Origin: Octopus vulgaris
Taxonomy: Eukaryota
Assembly (NCBI GenBank): GCA_951406725.2
Contig: OX597819.1
Coordinates: forward strand, 20,832,001 to 20,896,000
DNA: 64,000 nucleotides
Direction of reading: 5' to 3'
Every line of letters starts with the position of its first letter. The stretch's first letter is position 1. The notes below the pieces were generated by a model, which had not been told where the DNA came from, did not search any database, and worked only from the letters and a program-made list of their open reading frames with translations. The translations under genes and the position numbers were made by a program. Of this stretch, positions 1 to 11,543 are shown piece after piece.

Positions 1-467
1 TCTTTGTTAATTTTTTAATCTTTTACGCTGAGTTGTCTTGCATTCCATGTTTATATATGTTTTCCCATTGTCCACAAATCACAGATATGCTATTTTCTAC
101 AACATTAAACATATCTGATTTAGACTGGATTACTTTTCCATATTTCTACATAAAATATATTACAGCGTTGGTATATGGCTGGTGCTGAATATAATATGAG
201 CCAGTCTCCTGTTATATATAGAACAAACTGTATATAACAGGACGATATTCACCTGCAACATTGTTTCCAATCAGAGTCCGACCTATTAACGTCCCACAAT
301 ATTTTGTAGAACACCGAAAAGATTTCAGATTTAAAATATTTTTGCTTGCTACACTGCTTAAATCTTAAGCACCAATTTGGTTTCTAACTTAAACTTAACT
401 GAAATGTATTTTATTAACTGATTGCTGTAATCTCGGGATTATGATATAAATGATATTATTTGATATC

Positions 468-660
468 GGCGCCGACATGGCTGCGTAGAAAAGAAGATCG
501 CTTGCTAGGCCACCCAGTTTAGTTTTACTGCATCGCACATTTAACCACAATTCGGTTTTAATATATTTCCGGTTCCATCAATGCTGTGTGAAGGAGTTTG
601 GTAGAAAAAAAAAACTGTGGGAGCCTTTCATGTGTATATATATATATATATACATATATA
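468..660 (+). mobile_element. Highly degraded SINE family B 5' half
   Basis: ggcgccgacatggctgcgtag...gagtttggtagaaaaaaaaaactgtgggagcc...tatata aligns loosely to the head of intact B copies (41733-42150, 46906-47299). Confidence 0.5.
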
Positions 661-759
661 CACACGCAGAAAAAGCAAGAAAAAACGTGAGAACGTGACA
701 CATGTAAAGTATTAAAAAAACGCTGAGGGGAGGAAAGAAATGTGTGTGTGTATATACAC

Positions 760-816
<57 letters not shown>

Positions 817-1214
817 TATGTATAAGTATTTAACTCTGTCACTGACAATGACTTCGAAACTTTGGCCAGTTATGCCAACGTGCGACGAAGGCTTCACTTG
901 AAAATCACAGTCCACAATATTCTTCCTTAAGAATAATAAATTTCTACTCTATCACTGAAGACAGTAACCCATCAGAGGTACGTAAAATGTTTTATTAAAA
1001 CTGAACCAAAAACAACCTAATATATGTATATTTGTGTGTGTGTGCGTGTGTGCATATGTGTTTGCGGTTGCCATTGTGCCTTTCCCGTAACACTTTTCAA
1101 CCGGAATTACTCTTTTTATATTTCTGTATCTTTGCACAAGTAACCGATAGAATAAATAGCATCAAACATCTGTGTGTCTGTGTTTCTTTGTTTTTGACGC
1201 TCTCGCTCACCACA

Positions 1215-1378
1215 AAACTTGGTGAAAGTCCAACAAGTTTTGGGGAGGAATTCTATTAAATCGATCGCAGTACCCAACTGGTACTTATTTTATCGCACCT
1301 GAAAAGACGAAAGACAAAGTTGACCTAAGCGGAATTTGAACTCAGAGCGTGTCGACAATTCCGCCAGATCGCCAGCTT
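1215..1378 (-). mobile_element. SINE family A, degraded with internal deletion
   Basis: ctggtacttattttatcg...gaaagacaaagttgacc...ggaatttgaactcagagcgt is the reverse complement of the A core. Confidence 0.8.
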
Positions 1379-1390
1379 TCATCAAGGCGA

Positions 1391-1609
1391 ATATTCTTTT
1401 CAACTCTAGGTTCAAGAACCGCATTTTTTGAGGAGAGTGTCAGTCGATTAGATCGACCCTAGTACTCAACTGGTACTTAATTTATCGATCCCGGAAGGTT
1501 GCAAGGCAAAGTCAACCTCGGCGGAATTTGAACTAGCAACGTAAAGGTAGACTAAATACGGCTAAGCATTTCGCCCGGCGTGCTAACGTTTCTGCCAGCT
1601 CGCCACCTT
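1391..1609 (-). mobile_element. SINE family A (A1 tail), full length
   Basis: Reverse complement reads AAGGTGGCGAGCTGGCAGAAACGTTAGCACGCCGGGCGAAATGC...GTTCAAATTCC (B box)...GATCTAATCGACT...CCTAGAGTTGAAAAGAATATT. Confidence 0.9.
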
Positions 1610-1612
1610 TAA

Positions 1613-1853
1613 AATATTCTTTTCTATTCTAGGCACAAGGCCCGATTTTGTATTTAGTTATTTTTTTTTTTTTTTTGAGGTGTGGGGAGATAATTAGATC
1701 GCCCCTTGTACAGAAGTGGTACTTAATTTATCGACCCCGAAACGATGAATGGCAAAGTCGACTTCGGGGGAATTTGAACTCAGAAAATAGCGGTAGACAA
1801 AATACGGCTAAGTATTTCGCCCGGCGTGCAAACGTTTCTACCAGCTTGCGCCT
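1613..1853 (-). mobile_element. SINE family A (A1 tail), full length
   Basis: Same head and core as the adjacent copy; tail reads CGGGCCTTGTGCCTAGAATAGAAAAGAATATT on the minus strand. Confidence 0.9.
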
Positions 1854-2249
1854 TTCATCAATGCTAATATTGTTGGGTTTAAAGGGATAAATACATATCC
1901 TGGAAAAAAAAAAAATTGAAAGTACAAAATCAGAGTAGTGTGATCGATCAAAAAACATCGATTTTGTATGGATGATATTCACGATGAATTATGCAATTTG
2001 TACAGTGTTTATATGAATCTCATTCCACTCATTCTGAAGGAGATATCACAATATAATATATTTGAATCAGAATTTTGGAGATATTTAAATGTTTCTAGAG
2101 GAGAAATAAAATATAGTATTCTACTGTGTCAGTCTGTAGTGCGAGATTCATTAAGCGGCATTCCATTCTTTGTAGAAGTAATTCCCTTATACTTTTATAT
2201 TATTTTCTTATACGTGTGTGTTTTTGTATGTAAGTATTCACACATACGA

Positions 2250-2360
2250 CAATGGCTCTGTGGTAAATAGTTTTCTTCGTCATGGTTCTGGGTTCAGGAA
2301 CACTGCGTGACATCTTCAGTGACAATATCATTAGTGGATTTGCTAGGTTGAGAAATCCAT
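2250..2360 (+). mobile_element. Degraded SINE family B head fragment
   Basis: tggctctgtggtaaatag...catggttctgggttcaggaacactgcgtgacatctt...agtggatttg. Confidence 0.6.
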
Positions 2361-2590
2361 GTATTTTAAACATTTTCTCATTATGACCTGGGGAAGACAT
2401 ATTGTTCAGGCAGAGTTGCCCCACTTAGGAGCAGCCCCGATCGCGTTTCGAGTTTATTTTTGTAGTAAAATAGAATTGTGCAAACACCATACTTTGGTTG
2501 GTAGCCGAAAAATAACTGAATCATTTGATACTTGACACGTCTAAATCGGCAACTCTGTTTTCGAATTGATAAGGAACATACGCACATACT

Positions 2591-2673
<83 letters not shown>

Positions 2674-2675
<2 letters not shown>

Positions 2676-2832
2676 GACGGGCTTCTTCCAATTTCTGTCT
2701 ACCAAATACACTCACAAGGATTTGGTCGGCCCGAGGCTATATGAGAAAACACTTGCTCAAGGTTTCATGCAGTGGGTCTGAACCCGGCATCATGTGGTTA
2801 GGAAGCAAGCTTCTTAGCACACAGCAACCCCT
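2674..2832 (-). mobile_element. SINE family B 5' half between microsatellites
   Basis: acgacgggcttcttcc...ctaccaaat...cactcacaagg...ggtcggcccgaggctata...gcagtgggtctgaacccgg matches other B copies. Confidence 0.85.
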
Positions 2833-2864
2833 GAACCAACTGACAGACAGACAGACACACACAA

Positions 2865-2931
<67 letters not shown>

Positions 2932-2949
2932 GATTTTAAATGATTGATA

Positions 2950-3465
2950 TGGAAGACAGTGTATAACTAGGAATTTATTAGCAAAACAATTGTTTTGGGG
3001 TTCCTCCTACACTGCTCCCTCTAAATGTAGGACAAGATGTGCCAGATGCAACGTGCAGTGCAGGGGTCCTCTTCAGGTGACGTAACAGTCTTAAAAAGTT
3101 TTAAGGTTTACATTCCATTTTCCATCCAATTTTATAAGCTAGTGGAGTTTTGCTGGCAGTTCGTACAAATTTTCGTGAAGTGAGGAGGTTGCAGCCAGGA
3201 AGTGGTTGATAAAAAAGGTTAAGAGAAGAATAAAATTTGAGAATGATATAGTAAATGGTGCGGTGTTGTTGTGGTCCAGGAGCAGCAGCGAAAAAACTAA
3301 ATATAAAATGTAAGGTAAATGTGTGAGTGTTATGGCATTGGATGAACCCCCATAGGGTGTGGAAGCTTTTGTTGGCTGGCTTGTGACAGACCAGCGTGAC
3401 GGCGGGATTGGAATTTTTGTGTGGGTGTGATTCCTGACTTTAGAATTGGTAGGGGCCCAACAGAA
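2950..3465 (-). mobile_element. Penelope-like element 3' relic (GIY-YIG C-terminal tail plus pLTR with hammerhead-like motif)
   Basis: Minus strand: CCTGAAGAGG, long stem (3006-3015 pairs with 3055-3064), then (c)AAAACAATTGTTTT palindrome and AATAAA. Upstream frameshifted peptide GITPTQKFQSRRH...KSFH resembles PLE endonuclease C-termini. Flanked by (TA)n and (CA)n. Confidence 0.6.
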
Positions 3466-3744
3466 ATATTCACACACAAACACACACACACACACACACA
3501 CATACACACACACATACACGCATACATATGCACAAGTGCTTCAAATAGGTTTCGTTCCTTCCCCCCGTTTTTTTTTAACTTCTTTCCTTTGCTGAAAGTT
3601 CTCGGAGAACTTCACTCCGCTCCATTTGTTTTCCCCTTTATCGGTGCACATTTCACAACCACAACCAAATGTTTTTCTCTTTTTGTGTTTGGTGCTGGGC
3701 TTACTTATTCTTCCCCAATTTTTTTTAACCATTTGTAACCTCAC

Positions 3745-3802
3745 ATGTATATATATATTTAAACATATATATACATATACACATAAATTTAAATATATAC
3801 AC

Positions 3803-3842
<40 letters not shown>

Positions 3843-4173
3843 GTGTGTATATATATATGTGTGTGTATACATATATGTGTGTATATATATGTGTATATAT
3901 ATGTATATATATATATATGTGTATATATATGTATATATATATGTGTGTATATATATGTATATATATGTGTGTATATATATGTATATATATGTGTGTATAT
4001 ATATGTATATATATGTGTGTATATATATGTATATATATATGTGTGTATATATATGTATATATATATGTGTGTATATATATGTATATATATGTATATATGT
4101 GTGTGTATATATATATATGTGTGTATATATGTGTGTGTATATATATATATATGTGTATATATATGTGTATATA

Positions 4174-4206
<33 letters not shown>

Positions 4207-4400
4207 GTGTATATATATATATGTGTATATATATATATGTGTGTATATATATATATGTGTGTATATATATATATGTGTGTATATATATATATATATGTGT
4301 ATATATATATGTGTGTGTATATATATATGCGTGTATATATATATGTATATATACAGATGTGTATATATATATATATATATATAAATATATATATATATGT
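3745..4400. repeat. ~650 bp compound (TA)n/(TG)n microsatellite
   Basis: Almost continuous purine/pyrimidine alternation; source of the spurious YI/CV ORFs. Confidence 0.97.
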
Positions 4401-4865
4401 CAAGAAACGTTAAGGCAAGACAACCAAGTCGTATACGTTATAATTGGGAAAATTCAGTCTAACGCTATTTCTGGGTTATCCCAGAGTATGGGGTATTCCG
4501 TCATCGGTGACAAATTGGGAAAATGAGAAGGGTATAGATTAATGAAATTGTGACATAGAGGTTAAGAGAAAAGGAAAACGGAGATGGATAAGGAAAAGTG
4601 AAATGAAACATAAATGTTCACAGTTCAACTCTCCGATAATACAGCAGTAAGCCCGTAAATCTTCCGGTGCAATCCTGTATAAATCCATGTCGGTTAAAGT
4701 CCTAATAAATAGTATAAATATGCCGAAATAGACGCGAGCGTATCAACGTGCAGTAAGAGAATGGTAGCGAGTTGGCTATTATGTTGTAGAAAGGCAGAAA
4801 AATAGAGAGGTAGAGGGGAAATTAAGGATTGGCATTAAGGGATAAAGTAAGGAATATAAAATATA

Positions 4866-5260
4866 CTCTTTTACTCTTTTACTCTTTTACTTGTTTCAGT
4901 CATTTGACTGCGGCCATGCTGGAGCACCGCCTTTAGTCGAGCAAATCGACCCCGGGACTTATTCTTTTTGTAAGCCCAGTAACTTATTCTATCGGTCTCT
5001 TTTGCCGAACCGCTAAGTGACGGGGACATAAACACACCAGCATCGGTTGTCAAGCCATGCTAGGGGGACAAACACGCACACACACATATATATATATATG
5101 TATACATATATACGACGGGCTTCTTTCAGTTTCCGTCTACCAAATCCACTCACAAGGCTTTGGTCGGCCCGAGGCTATAGCAGAAGACACTTGCCCAAGG
5201 TGCCACGCAGTGGGGCTGAACCCGGAACCATGTGGTTGGTAAGCAAGCTACTTACCACAC
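4866..5260 (-). mobile_element. SINE family B, near full length, inserted in the left arm of the foldback
   Basis: (TACTCTTT)n tail, cagtcatttgactgcggccatgctggagcaccgcc, internal (CA)/(TA) tract and CORE-like acttgcccaaggt. Absent from the right arm. Confidence 0.95.
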
Positions 5261-6001
5261 GTGTACAAAAATAACCAAGAATATAAATAAATAAATAGAT
5301 AAATAAATAAGGGTAAATGGGAGAGGTGGAACAGGTAAAGGAATATAATGTAAAAAAAAAAAACCAAGTCTAAAGTAAGGGACTTCAAAGAGAATAGTAG
5401 GTGCCAGTGGTATTCTTCTATTCTGTAAGGGCTGCGGTGGAAATCAAGTAGTGTTTGTGTCCGTTTTATGGCTAGATATCATCCCCAACCCCTACAGACT
5501 AGAAGAATACCACTGGCATCTATTTTCTTTGAATTCCTTTCATTTTTGTTATATTGCATTTTTCGTTATCTTCCTTTCCCTCCCCCACTTCTCTCCTTAT
5601 TTATCCTTATTTATTTATTTAGTCTTGGTTACTTTTGGACACTATATTCTTTTATACCTTACTTTATCCTTTATGCCAATCCTTAATTTCCTCTCTATCT
5701 CTCTTTCTATTTAGTTATACTTTTTTTTTTACCATTTAAAAGGCAACTCCGCTAGCATTCTGTTATTGAACGTTGATAAGTTTGCGTCTATTTCTGGCTA
5801 TTTATACTATTACGCATTTAACCTTCATGGATTTACACAGGATTGCACCTAAGCACTTAAGACTTACACCTACATGATCGGAAAGTTGAACTGTGAACAT
5901 TTATGCTTCGTTTTTCTTCTTTTTCTTCATCTCCTTATTCCTTCCTCCTGACCTCTCTGTCGTCATTGCATTAATCTATACCTTTCTGATTATCCCTATT
6001 T

Positions 6002-6056
6002 GTCTCCGATGACGGAATATCCCATATTCTCGGATATACCAGAAACAACGGTAGAC
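6002..6056 (+). ncRNA. Minimal type-I hammerhead-like motif (variant core CCGAUGA)
   Basis: GTC-t-CCGATGA-c-GGAATATCC/loop/GGATATACC-a-GAAAC-aacg-GTA-GAC; mirrored on the minus strand at ~4455-4511. Confidence 0.5.
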
Positions 6057-6249
6057 TGAATTTTTCCAATAATAACGTATACGACTTGAGATGTTTGTCT
6101 TGCCTTAACGTTTGCTATCCTATAGATAGATAAACACATACACACACACACATATATATAAACTCACAACTGTGCGACGTCGTGAGCATGAAACTTTGAG
6201 TAACTTATCTGTAATAAAATTGTAGCTGGAATAAAGACAATATATATAT

Positions 6250-6745
6250 ATTTAAGGTGATGCCTTTCAGAACCATGAATGATATGTTGGATATAATTCA
6301 CCGTGACTAAAATGAGAGGAAGCCAGCAGAGAGCACCAGCTCTGCTAGAAAAGAGAATCAAAGCACCCTTTAACCACAGAGGCACATTTTCTATTTACTG
6401 ACAGGGGAGACAACCTCACCACCGCCATTTAGTGTCCTTAGATTGGCATGCCAATTTGGCATGAAATTTAAGGCTTATCAGTAATGCTTTCTCCACTACG
6501 AGTAGTCATATTAAATTCTTCTCCGTCAGTAAATATAGAGATTTTACTATAGGAATCGGTGGCTGATTCCGCAAAATGGCAAGGTGAAAATTATGAAACA
6601 ATTAATGCGGCTAGACGGAATTCAAGACCAAAATATAAATTATTCACCGTCACTAATATGTGATGAAGGGTGCAGGAAGCACCAGCAATACTAAAAATAG
6701 GAGTCAAAGAACCCTTTCACCACAGAATATTTTCTATTTATATAT
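6250..6745 (+). mobile_element. Putative PLE-derived element with ~100 bp direct repeats and a central palindrome
   Basis: attcaccgtgactaa...gcaccagc...tcaaagcaccctttaaccacagaggcacattttctattta (~6295-6398) recurs at ~6642-6740. The second copy has tgatgaagggtgcaggaagcacc (degenerate hammerhead core and stem II). (TA)n on both sides. Confidence 0.5.
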
Positions 6746-7427
6746 ATATACACAAACACACACACACGCACGCGCGCGCGCAGAGTGACATATGAAGATA
6801 TAAAATCATAGATACAGAAATTAGTTTAGTAAGGGAATGGTAACAGTATACATTCACAGAACGAGAGAGAAAAAAAAATGTTTGCAAATGTGCACGCTCA
6901 CGTATTGCCACGTATACACGTTTATACGAATGCGCATGAATATATAGGCATAAGATGTCTATATGTTTGCGTATTTGTCTGAGTGTTTTTCCCTGTGTGA
7001 ATATAAGAATATCTATATATATATAGCAAAGGGTAATGACACGCCTTGAGTGCTGGTAACAGTCGAGGCAGGAAGTTTTCGCTTAGCAAATGAATTATTT
7101 CAGTTCTCTCCTTATTCATATTCCATAAACATCTTCCAGGCAGAGAAGGATGGCGTTTTCGAAAGTTAATCAAAAGTTTTACCTTATTCTTTCAAAATTT
7201 AGACAAAACACTACTACTGCTGCTACTACTACTACTACTTTCTCGTACACACAGAGGCATATATATGTGTGTGTGTGTGTGTGTATGTGTATACACACAT
7301 GTAAAGAGAGATGTATGTGTATATTTATATGTATTTATTTTTATATGTATATATATATATGTATATGTATATACATATATTTATATCCAACCATCTATCA
7401 CTCCATCTATGTGTCTATCAATTCATT

Positions 7428-7950
7428 TTTATATATAAAAAACTGAGAATGTGTGTCTGTCTGTCTGTGTGTTTCCCTAAAACTTGGTAACTACACAACC
7501 AATTTCATTCAAAGTTTACACATGCCTTACTTAGGGTCCGGGGAGTGTCATCGGCAAAAAAACTTTTTAACTTTTTGCCTAGGGCGAGCCCACAGCAATA
7601 TCATATCTTCTCCAATACGATTCCCTAAACCTTGAGAACTACACAACCAATTTCATTCAAATTTTACACATGCCTTACTTAGGGTCCATGTAGTTTCATG
7701 GGCAAAAAAAAAGTTCAACTCCTTGCCTAGAGCGAGCCCATAGCAATATCATATCTTCTCCACTATTTCAGTATTACGTGCTAAAAGTGAAACAAAAACA
7801 TTTCTCTATTTTACGTCAGATATTTTCACTTTAACAATAAAAATAATAATAACAATTAAATTATATGTATTAAGTAATAATTAAAATCAAACTAAATTAT
7901 AATATAATCGTATCGTAAAAAAAAGTAAAAATAGCAATTGGTATAAAATT
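7428..7950 (+). mobile_element. Helitron/Helentron-associated (DINE-1/HINE-like) non-autonomous element with an internal ~147 bp tandem duplication
   Basis: tatatataaaa...(gtct)n...ccaatttcattcaaa-tttacac layout; unit ttccctaaa...aatatcatatcttctcca at ~7474-7613 and ~7621-7762. The right boundary is uncertain. Confidence 0.55.
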
Positions 7951-8253
7951 GCATCAATGACTTGAACTTGAATAAGTGGTTTCACATGAATGGGAATAAA
8001 TTAAAAATAAAATTAGCGTGCAGAAATGGAACAGTTCAGATGGATAATAAAAAATTAAATTAAAGAAAAGACTATTGTCTATAAAGTATACAATGTAGAG
8101 AAAATATATATATATATATACACATATATGTATGTATGTATGCATGCATATACATATATGTGTTTGTGTGTGTAAATGAAAATTCTAGAACATGAATTTT
8201 GTAAAAAAAAAATAAAGCAGTGTGGTGACTTGCAGAAAGATTGAGCAGCTAGG

Positions 8254-8298
<45 letters not shown>

Positions 8299-8857
8299 CA
8301 AAATTGAGAGACATAGAAAAAATAAATCAGATGCATAGAGTTATGTCTGCCTTACCTTTTCTACAAGGATTTTCGGATGGGGGCCAACATCAACAGCACT
8401 AACAAATGCAGCAGTAACAACAACCTCGTAGCAGGTGTCGTGTTTACAGTAATTCCGACCGCTAGAAATAGCAACAGAAAAGAAGAAAGCTGTATTGTTT
8501 AATAGAGTCTTATATTTACTTTAATTTGAGAACAGCGGAGTTGGGTGTCGTTAATGCTATTGGTGAAATAAGTTTACAAGTTTAGAGCTTATTCTGAGTT
8601 AGCAACAATAACACACAATTAGCAAATAACAAACACAATAAATTGAGCTACAATAAGACAAGCATCTTCCCATCGTTGGTTCTCGAGTAAGGCATAGGCG
8701 TTCAGCCTAATTCCACCTCTTCAGTTCGTTTACTCGTCATCCACTCTGAGTAATAATACATTGATATTGCAAAAAAGCTTGCCAGGTTGAGTAAAAGTAC
8801 GATATAATGAAAGAAAAACTTTAAAAATTCGGCAACCATCTAAACATCATACATAAG

Positions 8858-8937
<80 letters not shown>

Positions 8938-10868
8938 AGTATACTGTTGACAATCATAATTCTGTGTCGTTGAAGAATCTAACACGTTTTTCATACGGTG
9001 CTACGCGGGTACTATAGCACATAACTTTTGGTTGATCGATTCTATGGTGGCATCAATGTCAAGTATGGTTTTCATACTATATATTTTAATTTTCGGGTTT
9101 TTGTAGGTTTGGTAATCTTGGCAAACTTAAGGTAGGTTTCGAATCAGTAACCAAATTTTCGCTCCCAGCCTGACACCTCACTAGGTGACGCGCTCCTTGT
9201 TGACCCACGAGACGAGCGATGCAGTATAGTTGTTTTTATTGATTTTATCCATTATTGGTTAACTACTGGGTATGTCCATGGTTAATTGACCACATACTCC
9301 TTGAGTACCTGAGTGTGCCCTATGCGTATCACACACATTGCTTGTTCCGCTTTCAAGGCCCTTGTCCATCTGACTCTATGGGTCATCCGCCCTCTCCGCC
9401 GTCTCAGACTTCATGCACTTAAGGGAAGGTATCCCATCAGTCTAACTGTCGTAGCCCCTCACTTAGTTTGGCACCATTGTCGAGCGGTGGTCCCGGGGTA
9501 TGACCGCTGGCGTGCACAACCGGCTACTTGGAGTCATAAGTGAGAGTTGAGTTTTTGTTGTGAACTAGTGATCATAATCCATGCTCTTGGCATGCGACAG
9601 ATGGTGAACGGAAGTGATATCACTAACAAATAACCCATATGCCCCTTATTATTGTTATTATTTTTACTATTATTATTATTATTAGCAGCAGTAGCACCTA
9701 TAAGTATTGCCACGTCTTGCATAGTTTGACTAATATTTTTTCTGCGTAACCACTTCTGCTATCCCGCCACTCGAATATGATTTACTCCAGTCCCGCAAGG
9801 TAAACAGTCGTCATAAGTACCGTACCGTTTTTATCAATCGTTCTCCGTCAACTCTTTAAATACCCGTTTCCCAAGTGAAAGACCAGGGACGTTGGATCCT
9901 ATTCCATTCCTTCCAGGATGAATACATAATTTTTTATTATAAGTCTGTGTTCCTCGTTATGGTTTCACATTCATTTCCTATTCTACGCAGACATGCGCTT
10001 TACATGTTAATTCTCTTACTTGTTTCCAATTATTTCCCGCTTCTACGACAAACTTTCTCATAAGACTTGTGAATTTTAATCACAGTACCGATTTATCTAT
10101 GTCTATCTATATCTTATCTTTCGATCTATACTAACACATACGCTTAGATGTGTGTGTGTGTGTGTGCGCGTGTGTATAGATGGATGGATAGATAGATAAG
10201 TACATGTGCTTGTGTATAATGGAGGTAGAGGTGGGAAGTAATCTATCATCTATCACTTCCAGTCTGTGTAGTATTAAAGGAAAGATGAATTAGCGTTTTG
10301 ATATGAAATGAAGATGAAAGGGAAGACAAATATTGTAAACTGATTGTTGCGTTTGACTCGTTTCGGCAATAACAACGTCGTCAATTTCAATATAAAAAAA
10401 GTGACAATATATGGCTCAGCAGGTGCTATACGTTTTGACCTGTGAATATGACATGATTATCAACGAGGAAATGATATGAAGCAGAAAAATATGAAGACAC
10501 GGTAGAGTGATTGTGAGTGTAAAAAAGAAAAAAATTTTCGTTTAGGTGCGTGCTCACGAATTTTTCATGGCTTTGTATGCGTTTGTACATATATATATAT
10601 ATATATATAAATATATATATATATTTCTTATGTATGTATGTATAGTTTCATTCATTGTCCATTCGTGCGTGGAAAAGTTATTAGGAAAAGAGGTTAGTGG
10701 GTTATGTAGAATCACTTTGAAACTGGAAGAGTGAGGAAGTGTGTTATCATCAATATATATAAAAAGAATACGTTTAAATTTTGACATTAGGCACATTTCA
10801 GTGACATCTTATACACGCACACATATATACACTCATACATGCATACATGTTTACATACTTGTAAGAGT

Positions 10869-10902
<34 letters not shown>

Positions 10903-10987
10903 GTAGAAATATACATACATACATACGCATGCAAACACGCACACAGACATACATATATATATATATTTCTCTATGTGTGCAGGTGTA

Positions 10988-11200
10988 AGGCGGTGTGCTG
11001 GCAGAAACGTTAGCACGCCGGGCGAAATGCCTAGCAGTATTTCGTCTGTCTTTGTATCCTGGGTTCAAATTCCGTCGAGATTGACTTTGCATTTCATCAT
11101 TTCGGAGTCGATAAATTAAGTACTTGTTGCGTACTGGGGTCGATCTAATCGACTGGCCTCTTACCCCAAAATTTCTTGCCTTTTCCCTAGTGTGGAAAAG
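10988..11200 (+). mobile_element. SINE family A (A1 tail)
   Basis: aggcggtgtgctggcagaaacgttagcacgccgggcgaaatgc...ggttcaaattcc...gatctaatcgactggcc...ccctagtgtggaaaag. Confidence 0.92.
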
Positions 11201-11495
11201 GATATATATATATATAATAAATAAAATATATGCATACATACAAACATATATGTACGTACCGACATCTACATGTATATATACATGCATATATAAATATATA
11301 TACGTACAGGACACCACAAAAAGACGTAAAACTCAACAGAAGCGAGAACGGAAAAGCCATTTTATTACAACAGAAGGACGAGAACGAAAACAGGAAAGAC
11401 ATTAAGTACAACAGAAAAACGAGGTACAGGACATGCTACACAAGGAAAAATCCCCTTCATAAGCTGTCACTAGCAGACATAGCGTGTTTCGAAGG

Positions 11496-11543
<48 letters not shown>

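Larger units (their letters stand above)
4405..6113. mobile_element. Foldback (palindromic) non-coding element, probably two inverted PLE pLTRs with terminal hammerhead-like motifs
   Basis: 4405-5445 (excluding the SINE) is the diverged reverse complement of 5475-6113: aaacgttaaggcaagacaa vs ttgtcttgccttaacgttt; gttcacagttcaact vs agttgaactgtgaac; ccagtggtattcttcta vs tagaagaataccactgg. Confidence 0.85.

Noticed and set aside
3626-4526. Long ORFs of 190-252 aa in several frames
   Set aside because: They are translations of a (TA)/(TG) microsatellite that lacks stop codons (YI/CV repeats).
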